Of a DNA stretch of 38,772 nt, positions 27,991-37,633 are shown one piece after another. Positions within the stretch are counted from its first letter, which is position 1, and each line of letters begins with the position of its first letter. The translations under genes and the position numbers were made by a program. Source of the stretch: Methanomicrobiales archaeon (lineage in GTDB: Archaea > Halobacteriota > Methanomicrobia > Methanomicrobiales > JACTUA01). The DNA lies in NCBI GenBank assembly GCA_034679905.1, contig JAXDAH010000030.1, forward strand, positions 1 to 38,772. Reading direction: 5' to 3'. The notes under the pieces are model-generated. The model had not been told where the DNA came from. It ran no database searches and saw only the letters and a program-made list of their open reading frames with translations.

Positions 27991-28736
27991 ACGAACTCCC
28001 GAAGAGTCTTCCCCGGACTATGGGACGCCATGATACTTGAGCCGATGAGAAAGGCGTCGCAGTACGGCTTCATCCGCCGGAGATCGCCGGCGGTACGGAA
28101 TCCGCTCTCGGAGACGACGAGCCTGCCCTCCCTTCGAACCCTGGGGGAGAGGATGCGCGTGGTCTCGAGCCGGATCTCCAGGGTGCGCAGGTCCCGGTTG
28201 TTGATGCCGATGAGTGCCGTGGCCGTCTCCAGGGTCCGGTCCGCCTCCTCCTCGGTGTGCACCTCGACGAGCGGCTCCAGCCCGAGCCGGAAGGCGAGGT
28301 CCACGAAGTGCGGCAGCCTATCTCCCAGTAGCCCCGCGATCAGGAGCACCGCATCCGCCCGCATGGCAGCGGTCTCCCGCAGCTGCCGCTCGTCGATGAT
28401 GAAATCCTTGCGCAGGACGGGAACGGGGACAGCGGTCCGGGCCCGCCGCAGGTGCTCCGGATCTCCCTGGAAGAAGAAAGGCTCCGTCAGGACGGAGAGC
28501 GCGATGCACCCGGAGGCGGCGAGTTCCCGCGCAATCCGCTCCACGTCTGCAGGCTGCCGAAGCGATCCGGCTGACGGGGAGGCGAATTTTATCTCCGCGA
28601 TCACGGCCATCTTCCTCTGCATGGAGAATATCGCCTCTTTGAGGCTCCGGTGCGGCGAGACATGTCCGATCTCCCCAAAATCCGGCAGTCCCGCGATCCG
28701 GGCCTCCGTCCGTCCCACGATCTCGTCCAGCATCAT
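27981..28736 (-). CDS. trpC: Indole-3-glycerol phosphate synthase
   Basis: IAEIKFASPS, LSVLTE, LRKDFII, GINNRDL and SESG. Start at MMLDEI (ATGA overlap). Confidence 0.96.
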   Translation of the reverse strand: MMLDEIVGRTEARIAGLPDFGEIGHVSPHRSLKEAIFSMQRKMAVIAEIKFASPSAGSLRQPADVERIARELAASGCIALSVLTEPFFFQGDPEHLRRARTAVPVPVLRKDFIIDERQLRETAAMRADAVLLIAGLLGDRLPHFVDLAFRLGLEPLVEVHTEEEADRTLETATALIGINNRDLRTLEIRLETTRILSPRVRREGRLVVSESGFRTAGDLRRMKPYCDAFLIGSSIMASHSPGKTLREFVCA

Positions 28737-29752
28737 GCGATCTCCTGCGTCCTGTCGATCAGCTGGTGCAGCTTGGCCAGGGCCGCCCCGGAGTCGACAG
28801 ACTCCTCCGCCGAACGGATGCCGCACCCGATATCTCTCGCCCGCCCGCCCACGTAGATTGCCGCCCCGGCGTTGACGAGCACGATGTCCCGCGCCGCCCC
28901 CCGCTCCCCCTCCAGCACCTCGAGCAGGATGCGAGCGTTCTCCGCGGCACCGCCGCCCCGGATCTCCTCAACTCGCGCCTCCCGTATACCGTACCGGCCG
29001 CAGTGAATGGAGTAGTCGCGGATCGCCCCATGGTCGAGCTCCGATACCTTCGTCTCGCCCGCCGTCGTGATCTCGTCCAGTCCGCCGCCGTGGACGACCA
29101 TGGCCCTCTGCACCCCGAGCAGGCGCAGGACCACGGCGATCCTGTGGACCAGGTCCGGATGGTACACCCCGAGCAGCTGCGCATCGGCCCCCGCGGGATT
29201 TACCAGGGGCCCCAGCAGGTTGAAGACCGTGCGGATGCCGATCTCCCGTCGTACCGGAGAGGCGTAGCGCATTGCCGGATGGTAGTCGGGCGCGAACAGA
29301 AATCCGATCCGGACGGCTTCGACGATCGCTTCCATCTGCCGGGGGGGCAGATCGATGCGGATTCCCAGCGCTTCCAGCACGTCCGCCGATCCGCAGCGGC
29401 TGCTGATGCTGCGGTTGCCGTGCTTCACGATAGGGACACCGCCACCGGCGGCGACAAAAGCGGCGGTGGTGCTGATATTGAAGGTATGGGAGTGATCGCC
29501 ACCGGTGCCGCAAGTGTCCACGAGCACGCCGCTCACCTTCGGGCGGATCCGTACCGCATGCTCCCGAAGCACCCGCGCGAAGGCGGCGATCTCATGGCTC
29601 GTCTCGCCCTTCATCTGGAGCGCGGTCAGGAGGCTCGCCAGCTCCGCAGGCGTTGCCTCTCCCCGCATCACGGAGCGCATCGCCTCTTCCGCCTCGCCCT
29701 CCATGAGATCGTTCCGCTCGACGAGCCGGGAGATGACGGGAGCAAGCGTCAT
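28733..29752 (-). CDS. trpD: Anthranilate phosphoribosyltransferase
   Basis: DTCGTGGD, FNIST, KHGNR, GSADVLE and RTVFNLLGPL. Start at MTLAPV (ATGA overlap). Confidence 0.97.
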   Translation of the reverse strand: MTLAPVISRLVERNDLMEGEAEEAMRSVMRGEATPAELASLLTALQMKGETSHEIAAFARVLREHAVRIRPKVSGVLVDTCGTGGDHSHTFNISTTAAFVAAGGGVPIVKHGNRSISSRCGSADVLEALGIRIDLPPRQMEAIVEAVRIGFLFAPDYHPAMRYASPVRREIGIRTVFNLLGPLVNPAGADAQLLGVYHPDLVHRIAVVLRLLGVQRAMVVHGGGLDEITTAGETKVSELDHGAIRDYSIHCGRYGIREARVEEIRGGGAAENARILLEVLEGERGAARDIVLVNAGAAIYVGGRARDIGCGIRSAEESVDSGAALAKLHQLIDRTQEIA

Positions 29753-30327
29753 GGTCGCCCACCTCCATCGAGGAAATTCCGCACGATCGCGTCTCCCTCC
29801 TCCGAGAGGATGCTCTCCGGATGGAACTGGATCCCTTCGATCGGATACCGAAGATGGCGCACACCCATGACGTAGCCGTCGTCCGGGCTGATGGCGGTCA
29901 CCAGGAGCGAATCGGGCAGCTCCTCCCGCCCTGCCACGAGGGAGTGGTACCGCGTGGCGGTGAAGGGGTTCTTCACTCCGGAGAAGATTCCGCAACCGTC
30001 ATGGCGGATACTGCAGGTCTTGCCGTGCATGAGACGGGACGCCCGCGACACCTCTCCCCCGAAGGCATGGCAGATCGCCTGGTGACCCAGGCAGACCCCC
30101 AGCGTGGGGATGGACCGGCTCAGGCTGTCCAGAACGTCCAGGCAGACGCCGGCGTCCTCCGGCCGGCCGGGGCCGGGCGAGAGGATTATTCTGTCGCACT
30201 CGACCTTTCTCACCCGCTCGAATGGCGTATCGCTCGGAATCACGATCGGACGGGCTCCGAGTGCACCGACCTGCTGGTAGAGGTTGAAGGTGAAGCTGTC
30301 GTAGCAATCAATGATGAGCACCCTCAA
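29749..30327 (-). CDS. trpG: Anthranilate synthase component II (glutamine amidotransferase)
   Basis: IDCYDSFT, SPGPG, GVCLGHQ, RYHSL and QFHPES. TTG start overlaps the trpE stop. Confidence 0.95.
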   Translation of the reverse strand: MRVLIIDCYDSFTFNLYQQVGALGARPIVIPSDTPFERVRKVECDRIILSPGPGRPEDAGVCLDVLDSLSRSIPTLGVCLGHQAICHAFGGEVSRASRLMHGKTCSIRHDGCGIFSGVKNPFTATRYHSLVAGREELPDSLLVTAISPDDGYVMGVRHLRYPIEGIQFHPESILSEEGDAIVRNFLDGGGRP

Positions 30328-31856
30328 TCGGATCCCCTCGCCATATGGATCGCGTCCAGCATCCCCTGTGCCTTGTTCTCCGTCTCGCGCCACTCGTTCG
30401 CGGGAACGGAATCGGCCACGATCCCTGCACCGACCTGGATCCGGGCTCTCCCTTTATAGGCCAGGATCGTGCGGATCGCGATGGCGAACTCCAGGTTCCG
30501 GTCGAACCCCATATATCCTACGGCACCGGCATACAAACCCCGCCGACCTGGCTCCGCCTCCTCGATGATCTGCATGGCGCGGACCTTCGGCGCGCCGGAG
30601 ACCGTTCCCGCAGGGAAACAGGCCTTCAGTGCGTCGATGGCATCGAGATTGTCCCGCAGGGTGCCGTGGACCGTGGAGACGATGTGCTGGACGTGGGAGA
30701 ACTTTTCGATGCTCATGAAGTCGTCGACGCGAACGGACCCGAACTTGCAGACCCTGCCGAGGTCGTTCCTGGCCAGATCCACCAGCATCGTATGCTCCGC
30801 CCGCTCCTTCTCGTCGGACAGGAGCTCGTCGGAGAGCCGCCGGTCATCCACCTCGCTGCTGCCCCGTGGGCGGGTGCCGGCGATGGGGACGGTCGTCACC
30901 CTCCGTTTCTCCACCCGAACGAGCATCTCGGGGCTCGAACCGATCACCTTCAGCTCACCGAAGTCGAGGTAATACATGTACGGGCTTGGATTCAGCATGC
31001 GCAGCGTACGATAAACGGTAAACGGCTCCGCTTCCAGATCGCACTCCAATTGCCGCGAGAGGACGCACTGGAAGATGTCGCCGGCGCAGATATGCTCCTT
31101 CACGCGGTCGACGATCCGTTCGAACTCTGCCCGGGAGAGACTCGACGAGCACCGCAGGGGATCACCGCTAACGGATGGCTGCTGACCGGAGCACTCTGTT
31201 CCACCGCCCAGCGCCGCGAACTCCTCGCGGATGGAGAAGATCTTCGCTCTGCACGACTCGTACTCTGCAAGGTAGTCGGTATCGTATGCCAGGAGCGGGC
31301 TGCTGAATATGAACAGTCTCCTGTCCCTATGGTCGAAGACCACGCAGTCCCGCGTCAGCATGAACTGGGCGGTCGCCGAACCATCCCCGTCCCCGCCGCG
31401 CCGCAGTACCCGGCGGTAGAGGTCATACACGAGGTCATAGGCGAAGTATCCCACCAGACCGCCAAAGAACCGCGGCGCTTTGAGGTTGACGAAGTTGAAC
31501 CGCTGCAGTATCGACCGCACCTGATCGATGGGGGTCTCTCCCCCGGGAGATTCTGCGATGGATACGAAGGGTTCGTTTCCGGCGAGGTCCACCGAGTCGG
31601 CGATCGTCACAACGAGCTCCGGGTTCAGTCCCAGGAAGGAGTATCGGGCAATCTTCGCGCTACCTTCCATGGACTCCAATAAGTATCCCCGATCCTGCTG
31701 GAGGCGGATACAGGCGTCGATAGGGGATACGGCAGGAAGGGGCACCTCGAGGCAGAGGGGTATCACCAGCGGCTTGGCCTGGTGTTCAACGGCTGCGAGG
31801 TACTCCTCCTCTTCCAGATTCAGCCGGATATCGCCATCTTGCGCGGTCTTAACCAT
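30324..31856 (-). CDS. trpE: Anthranilate synthase component I
   Basis: LLES, NPSPYM, SSPE, PIAGT, EHTMLVDLARND and FPAGTVSGAPK. Start at MVKTAQ with an AGGTG RBS. Confidence 0.97.
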   Translation of the reverse strand: MVKTAQDGDIRLNLEEEEYLAAVEHQAKPLVIPLCLEVPLPAVSPIDACIRLQQDRGYLLESMEGSAKIARYSFLGLNPELVVTIADSVDLAGNEPFVSIAESPGGETPIDQVRSILQRFNFVNLKAPRFFGGLVGYFAYDLVYDLYRRVLRRGGDGDGSATAQFMLTRDCVVFDHRDRRLFIFSSPLLAYDTDYLAEYESCRAKIFSIREEFAALGGGTECSGQQPSVSGDPLRCSSSLSRAEFERIVDRVKEHICAGDIFQCVLSRQLECDLEAEPFTVYRTLRMLNPSPYMYYLDFGELKVIGSSPEMLVRVEKRRVTTVPIAGTRPRGSSEVDDRRLSDELLSDEKERAEHTMLVDLARNDLGRVCKFGSVRVDDFMSIEKFSHVQHIVSTVHGTLRDNLDAIDALKACFPAGTVSGAPKVRAMQIIEEAEPGRRGLYAGAVGYMGFDRNLEFAIAIRTILAYKGRARIQVGAGIVADSVPANEWRETENKAQGMLDAIHMARGSD

Positions 31857-31985
31857 GATCCCACCTGCCCGAGAATGCGTATTCCCATATCCGTCACGGA
31901 ATCTACCAGGAACCGCAAACACCGGCTCTGTACGCCTCGTGCAGTCCCGGTCCCGGGAACGAATCGGAGTTACGACATAACTGGT

Positions 31986-32018
31986 ATATGTTGAACATAT
32001 TTATACGTTTTTGTATAA
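31986..32018 (-). promoter_or_regulatory. trp operon TATA region overlapped by two palindromes
   Basis: Minus-strand TATAAATA (31998-32005) with A-rich BRE-like bases upstream; ATATGTT-G-AACATAT (31986-32000) and TTATAC-N6-GTATAA (32001-32018). Confidence 0.5.
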
Positions 32019-32372
32019 TATTGTTTTAATCAGTATATATTTTGATGGACTCGCCGGGTACACCTGTTCCCCAGCATCTCTCTTCTATCGGTGATTTCGA
32101 GCTCTTGCCGTGGCCATTTCCGAAAAGCGCGCAGCGTCCCAGGCGTTTCGAGCTGAACGAAAACCGGATCACGACCGCTATAGGATGGGCGGACCCCCGA
32201 CCAATTGCACTGTGGTGATGAAATTGACAGCCCCCTATGAGATGCATACGAAGTTCGAGTGGCCGTAGAAACCGTTATGCGGCCGCTAATTCTCACGAAG
32301 GATCAAAGGAAATGGTTAAATGATGTCCTCTCCTCTTTTATTATTGACATATTTCGGTTCATGAGGGATGCA

Positions 32373-33575
32373 ATGGAAAGAAACATCCGCGTAGAGTCGA
32401 TCGACCAGACACCTCTGGAGAAGAGAAGAATTGAGCTTGTGGAACGGAAGGGTATCGGTCACCCCGACAGCATCGCCGACGGTGTTGCGGAGTCCGTCAG
32501 CCGGGCGCTGAGCAAGGCGTACATCCAGGAGTGCGGCGGTGTGCTGCACCACAACACGGATCAGGGAGAGGTGATCGGCGGCGAGACCATCCCCGCATTC
32601 GGCGGGGGCAAGGTGATCCGCCCGATCTTCGTGCTCGTCATCGGTCGGGCGACCAAGTCGTTCAACGGCGTGGATATCCCGACGGACGCCATCGCCCTTC
32701 GTGCAGCTCGAGACTATCTCCGCACCACCCTCGCCAACCTCGATCTGGAGAGCGACGTGATCGTCGATGTCAGGATGGGAGTGGGTTCGACCGACCTCCG
32801 CGAGGTCTTCCGTACCTGTGGGGGGAAGGTCCCCCGCGCGAACGACACCTCGTTCGGGGTGGGTCATGCCCCGTTCAGCGAGACCGAGCTGATCGTGAAG
32901 AACGTCTCGGACTACATCGACGATTACCTGCGCCCGCGGTATCCGATATACGGGCACGACATGAAGTTCATGGGGCTTCGGGACGGCGACACCATCACCC
33001 TGACCGTGGCATGCGCGATGGTGGACCGCTTCTGCTCCGGCATCAAGGAGTATATCGAGATGCGGGATCTGCTGCAGGAGCACATCGAGAAGGTGTCCCG
33101 CAAGTATACGCGGAGGCAGGTAAACGTGCAGGTGAACACTGCCGACAACCTCAACGAGAAGAGCATCTTCTTAACCGTCACCGGCACCTCCGCTGAGATG
33201 GGAGACGACGGCTCCGTCGGGCGGGGAAACCGCTGCAATGGTCTCATCACCCCCAATCGCCCGATGAGCATGGAGGCGGTCAGCGGCAAGAACCCGATCA
33301 ACCATATCGGGAAGATCTACAACCTGCTCGCGACGGACGTGGCCTCACAGTGCGTGCAGGGCGTGGACGGGATCGAGGAGATCTACGTTCGGTTCCTCTC
33401 CCAGATCGGTAATCCCATCGACCATCCCCTGACGGCGAGCGTCCAGGTGCTCCCCAAGCCGGGTGCGGATATCCGGGCCATGAACCTCGAGATCGAGGGC
33501 ATCGTGGGCAACGCTCTCGACAACGTCAGCTGCATCACGGAGAAGGTAATTAGAGGTGAACTCAAGACCTTCTGA
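32373..33575 (+). CDS. mat: Archaeal S-adenosylmethionine synthetase
   Basis: ELVERKGIGHPDSI, ANDTSFGVG, SAEMGDDGSVGRGNR and GKNPINHIGKIYN. Start moved to MERNIRV. Confidence 0.97.
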   Translation: MERNIRVESIDQTPLEKRRIELVERKGIGHPDSIADGVAESVSRALSKAYIQECGGVLHHNTDQGEVIGGETIPAFGGGKVIRPIFVLVIGRATKSFNGVDIPTDAIALRAARDYLRTTLANLDLESDVIVDVRMGVGSTDLREVFRTCGGKVPRANDTSFGVGHAPFSETELIVKNVSDYIDDYLRPRYPIYGHDMKFMGLRDGDTITLTVACAMVDRFCSGIKEYIEMRDLLQEHIEKVSRKYTRRQVNVQVNTADNLNEKSIFLTVTGTSAEMGDDGSVGRGNRCNGLITPNRPMSMEAVSGKNPINHIGKIYNLLATDVASQCVQGVDGIEEIYVRFLSQIGNPIDHPLTASVQVLPKPGADIRAMNLEIEGIVGNALDNVSCITEKVIRGELKTF

Positions 33576-34434
33576 TCGGGTGCGGCTGGCAATTCCCAAC
33601 AAAGGGCGGATCGCCGAGCCGACGAGAACCCTGATCGAGCATAGCGGACTCCACGTGGTGGAGGGGAGCGAGCGGAGGCTGATCGCCCGCACGCGGGATG
33701 CGCGTGTGGAGATCCTCTTCGCACGCCCCATCGATATCCCCGGCTACGTGGCAACCGGCGTTGCGGATATGGGGATCACCGGACACGACATGGTGGTCGA
33801 GCGGCAGGCGGCGGTCGAGGAGATCCTGGATCTCCAGTTCGGCAGGGCGGATGTCGTCCTGGCAGTGCCGGACGCTTCCAGTATCACCGATGTGGAGCAA
33901 CTGGGCGGTGCCCGGATCGCGACCGAGTTTCCCGTCATCACCGAGGATTTCTTCAAAAAGCACGGGCTCTCGGTCAGCATCGTATCGGTCGGAGGGGCCT
34001 GCGAGGCGGCCCCCCAGCTGGGGATCGCGGATGCGATCGTGGATCTGACCAGTTCGGGGAGCACCCTCCGCATGAACCGCCTCCACGTCCTTGCTGAAAT
34101 CCTCGCCACCAGCACCCGCCTGATCGCAAATCCCGCCTCCCTCGTGGAGAAGGAGGAGAAGGTGAGCGAGATCTGCCTGGCCCTGGAGAGCGTCATCCGC
34201 GCCCGAGGGCAGCGCTACGTGATGATGAACGTCCACAGGGACGACCTTCCCGAGGTGGAGGCGGTGCTGCCGAGCCTCTCCGGGCCGACCGTGATGGAGG
34301 TGGCGGCGAGCGATAATCTGGTCGCCGTGCACGCGGTTGTGGGCGAGGAGCGGATCTACAGCCTGATCAACCAGCTCAAGCGTGCGGGGGCCAAGGATAT
34401 CCTGGTGATACCCATCGAACGCATGGTGCGCTGA
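33556..34434 (+). CDS. hisG: ATP phosphoribosyltransferase (long form)
   Basis: [29 protein letters not shown] and a C-terminal regulatory domain. Confidence 0.96.
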   Translation: MNSRPSDRVRLAIPNKGRIAEPTRTLIEHSGLHVVEGSERRLIARTRDARVEILFARPIDIPGYVATGVADMGITGHDMVVERQAAVEEILDLQFGRADVVLAVPDASSITDVEQLGGARIATEFPVITEDFFKKHGLSVSIVSVGGACEAAPQLGIADAIVDLTSSGSTLRMNRLHVLAEILATSTRLIANPASLVEKEEKVSEICLALESVIRARGQRYVMMNVHRDDLPEVEAVLPSLSGPTVMEVAASDNLVAVHAVVGEERIYSLINQLKRAGAKDILVIPIERMVR

Positions 34435-34435
34435 C

Positions 34436-35152
34436 ATGCCATTCACCGTCTTTCCAGCCGTGGACATCCTCGAGGGGCGGTGCGTCCAGCTCCGCCAGGG
34501 GGTGCGGGAGAGCCAGAGGGGCTATGGAGAACCGCTCCGCTGCGCCCACAAGTGGCTGAACGAAGGCGCGGAGGCCCTGCACGTGGTCAACCTGGATGGC
34601 GCCTTCGGAGAGTCGCGAGCCAACGCCGAGCTGATCCGCCTGCTCATCCAGGAGACGGAGGTCACCATCCAGCTGGGCGGCGGGATCCGATCGGTTGCCG
34701 ATGCGGCGGCGTGGCTGGAGATAGGGGTTTCAAGGGTGATCCTGGGAACGCTGACGGTGCGGGAGCCCGAGTGCATCCAGGCTCTCGCCGCCGAGTTCGG
34801 CCCCGATCGGGTGATGGCCGGCGTCGATGTTCGCGGCGGTCAGCTCGTGGTGAACGGCTGGAGGGAGCCGGCGGGGGACTACCTCGTCTGGGCAAACCGT
34901 TTCGAGGAGCTGGGGGCCGGTTCTCTGCTCTTCACCAACGTGGATATCGAGGGGCTGGAGAAAGGGATCCAGCTGCCGCCGCTCGTCGCCCTGCTGGAGA
35001 CCACGGCGCTGCCCGTGGTGGCCGCCGGCGGGATATCCAGCGCTGACGATGTGCGGGCGCTGCGGGATCTGGGCGCGAGCGGCGCCGTGCTGGGCTCTGC
35101 GCTGTACAGTGGGAAGATCCGGTTGAAAGATGCACTGGAGGCTGCCAGATGA
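34436..35152 (+). CDS. hisA: ProFAR isomerase
   Basis: [33 protein letters not shown] and GSALY. Confidence 0.96.
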   Translation: MPFTVFPAVDILEGRCVQLRQGVRESQRGYGEPLRCAHKWLNEGAEALHVVNLDGAFGESRANAELIRLLIQETEVTIQLGGGIRSVADAAAWLEIGVSRVILGTLTVREPECIQALAAEFGPDRVMAGVDVRGGQLVVNGWREPAGDYLVWANRFEELGAGSLLFTNVDIEGLEKGIQLPPLVALLETTALPVVAAGGISSADDVRALRDLGASGAVLGSALYSGKIRLKDALEAAR

Positions 35153-35727
35153 GAAAAGGAACGATAAAGCGGAAGACGGGCGAGACCGATATCGAGGTGA
35201 CCCTGGATCTGGACGGGGGCAAGACTTCGGTCCAGACCGGGCTGCCGTTCATGAACCACATGCTCACATCGATGAGCCGGCATGGCGGACTCTCGCTCAC
35301 CGTGAAGGCGACGGGAGACCTGGAGGTGGACAGTCACCACCTGGTGGAGGATCTGGGAATCACCCTGGGAATGGCCATAAAGAAATCAGTCGGCGAGGGG
35401 AGAGGCATGCGGCGGTTTGCCCATGCGATCATCCCCATGGACGAGGCGCTCGCCCAGGTGGCGATCGACTGCGGCGGCAGGGGCTACCTGGTCTACCGAG
35501 GAGAGTTCGGGATGCCCCAGATCGGTGGCATTCCGCACGATCTCTTCGAGCACTTCTTCTACAGCTGCTGCATCCACGCGGGGCTGACGGCGCACATCGC
35601 CTTCAGCGGGAGCAACGACCACCACACCTGCGAGGCGATCTTCAAGGCCTTCGGCATTGCCCTTGCGGAGGCGACGGCGGTACTGCCGGGCCGATCCGGG
35701 ATCCCGAGCACCAAGGGCGTACTCTGA
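35149..35727 (+). CDS. hisB: Imidazoleglycerol-phosphate dehydratase
   Basis: [22 protein letters not shown] and [12 protein letters not shown]. Confidence 0.97.
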   Translation: MRKGTIKRKTGETDIEVTLDLDGGKTSVQTGLPFMNHMLTSMSRHGGLSLTVKATGDLEVDSHHLVEDLGITLGMAIKKSVGEGRGMRRFAHAIIPMDEALAQVAIDCGGRGYLVYRGEFGMPQIGGIPHDLFEHFFYSCCIHAGLTAHIAFSGSNDHHTCEAIFKAFGIALAEATAVLPGRSGIPSTKGVL

Positions 35728-35958
35728 TGCACATCCCTACGTCTTTTTCTGGGCGGGACGACATCCCGTGGGATGAACTCCTCACACGCATGTACCCGTG
35801 AACAGGCTGAAGGCCAGAGAGGGTTGGTCGAAGCACGGTTACGGGCCGTCTGCCCATGCCATCGTTATAGAATGGCGGGAATGAGCTGCAGATCCTTCTT
35901 CCACTCTCGCTGGTGCGATGTGGTCTGGCATAATGCCGTATCGAGGATCTCCCCAGAA

Positions 35959-36053
35959 CCAGGTCTATCGCTACTTTCGGGGTGGGGGTATGGGAGATAG
36001 GGGTGCGCCCCCTCCCTCATTCGCCTCTCAATCCTGTTGATGCAATATCCTGG
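35959..36053. repeat. Palindromic repeat family copy (degenerate right end)
   Basis: CCAGGTCTATCGC...GGGGTGCGCCCCCTCC...GCAATATCCTGG; shares a 21/21 and a 15/16 match with the 17.6-17.7 kb element. Confidence 0.6.
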
Positions 36054-36211
36054 AGATGAAATCTACGCGATCCCTTTCTCTTTAGAATCTCAATTATTAT
36101 CCCAGAATACTATCGAACCTCTATACTCATGGGAAAATACCGACTCAATCCCGAATCCAGCTCCGATCCTGTGTTCCCAATACAGGTATGTATATGCATA
36201 CCGTAGCCGGG

Positions 36212-36305
36212 GTATCGCACGCGGGGGTGGGGGCAGTGGGGGGAGGGGGACGCGTCCCCTACCCCCTTCGAAACGCCCTCCCCCCTTTTGTTGCGATAGG
36301 ACCTG
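36212..36305. repeat. Palindromic repeat family copy (whole-length imperfect hairpin)
   Basis: TATCGCA-G runs-GGGGACGCGTCCCC-C runs-TGCGATAG; the right end resembles the reverse complement of 17613-17675. Confidence 0.65.
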
Positions 36306-36495
36306 TAGAATCTTTGACCATGAATATGGAGATCCAGGTCCAACCGCCCATAACTGTGGTCGGGCTCGCTGTCGCTCTAGAGGCGGCAGGGAGAGCAAGG
36401 CAGCTCAGGGCACAGATTTTTCTGCAGAATGTCGGCCAGGAAGAGGCAGCCGGGAAGATGGACGACAACCGGAAGTAAGAGGAGAAAAAGGATGC

Positions 36496-36702
36496 TTACG
36501 CGGACTTGGCCGCGAGCTCGACATCCTCTTCCTTGATCGTCTTTCTGCCAGCGTGCTGAGCGAGACGGTTGGCCTCCTTCGTAAGGTTGGCGATGTATGC
36601 CTCGGCCTTCGTCACGAGGGCGGAAGCGGCATCGCTCCCGACCCTCTCAGCACCGTTCTTCTTCGCGATTCGTACAACCGCTGCAATAGGTAGATCTGCC
36701 AT
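36496..36702 (-). CDS. Archaeal histone (HMf-type, single histone fold)
   Basis: MADLPIAAVVRIAK, AERV and HAGRKTIKEEDVELA; GAGGTG RBS; T-rich tract after the stop. Confidence 0.97.
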   Translation of the reverse strand: MADLPIAAVVRIAKKNGAERVGSDAASALVTKAEAYIANLTKEANRLAQHAGRKTIKEEDVELAAKSA

Positions 36703-36734
36703 TTAACCACCTCAAAACAAGGTATATCAATTAG

Positions 36735-36750
36735 TATAAATATCTTTCGT
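36735..36750 (-). promoter_or_regulatory. Histone promoter (BRE plus TATA)
   Basis: Minus strand reads CGAAAG-ATA-TTTATA; the box ends 32 nt before the ATG. Confidence 0.65.
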
Positions 36751-36892
36751 CGTTTCCTCGATAATTTATGAGTATATCCCACTATAGAGCAAAGTATGGG
36801 CACGAGAACGGGGAAGGAACGTGATTTGTCGTTCAAAAATTCTAACCCCATTGCGTTATCGGTTTCGAATGTAATCTTCAATATGAGGATAT

Positions 36893-37633
36893 TTATTTTT
36901 TAGACAGAGATGCTGCGAGCAATAGGGCGTTCCTGTAGTCTGGCGAGGCGCGCGAAGTATCGACAAAAATTTTATCGATATTTACCACGGGCGCACCGTG
37001 CCCCTTCCCCCCGCCGAGGAAGATGAGGGTGCGGAAGATGAGGTTCCCGCTGATACCGTCGGGGGCGATGATCAGGCCGCACTCCTCGATCGCATCCTCG
37101 ATGAGGATCTCCCAGGGTTCCGCCTGCGCCAGGCGGGCGACAAGCTCGGCGTTCGCCAGACTTCGATCGACAGCGGGATGCCGCCCGGCATCCCCGTACC
37201 GCCCTCCCGCGAGGACGGCGACCCGCTCGGTCAGCCCGAACCTCCTGGCAATCTCCTTCCCCTTCTCGATCAGTTCGAGCTTGCTCGCGATGGTCCAGCC
37301 CTCGTCCACCCCGACGGGCGCCAGCAGGAACCGCTTTCCCGCTGCGGTCTCCAGCAGGGCGATGCGGGAGAGGTGATCGACACCGCATGCCTGTTTCAGC
37401 GCATGCAGTGTGGCGTTTGCGGGCAGAGTGCCGCGAACTGCCGCATGGATCCTCCCCTCGACCAGATCCAGCACGAGATCCTCCTCCGGGTTCTCGCTCC
37501 GGAACAGCGGGACCTCCTCGACGGCCTGAAAATCCTCCGGGCAGTAGCAGACCACGTCCACCCTGTCCAGCACCGACCGCACGCTGGACAGCACCTTCTC
37601 CGGTTCGGTGAGAACGCCGATTCCAATGATCAT
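36893..37633 (-). CDS. mtxX: Methanogenesis marker protein 4 / MtxX
   Basis: AAVRGTL, APVGVDEG, APDGISGNLIFRTL and FVDTSR; ATGA overlap with marker 2. Confidence 0.88.
   Translation of the reverse strand: MIIGIGVLTEPEKVLSSVRSVLDRVDVVCYCPEDFQAVEEVPLFRSENPEEDLVLDLVEGRIHAAVRGTLPANATLHALKQACGVDHLSRIALLETAAGKRFLLAPVGVDEGWTIASKLELIEKGKEIARRFGLTERVAVLAGGRYGDAGRHPAVDRSLANAELVARLAQAEPWEILIEDAIEECGLIIAPDGISGNLIFRTLIFLGGGKGHGAPVVNIDKIFVDTSRASPDYRNALLLAASLSKK

Noticed and set aside
25522-28875. 1117-aa plus-strand ORF, and similar long ORFs such as 10756-12312, 15144-16616, 22363-23721 and 30345-31682
   Set aside because: They lie antisense to well-identified genes and have no motifs. Long shadow frames are expected in high-GC coding DNA.
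32046-32372. Possible SAM riboswitch upstream of mat
   Set aside because: Only a small stem (GGCCGTA...TGCGGCC) is visible; I could not match any SAM riboswitch consensus.
36319-36478. Short ORF MNMEIQVQPPITVVGLA..., faintly like a GyrI-type domain start
   Set aside because: The resemblance covers about 15 residues and there is no clear RBS or continuation; it needs an HMM search before any call.
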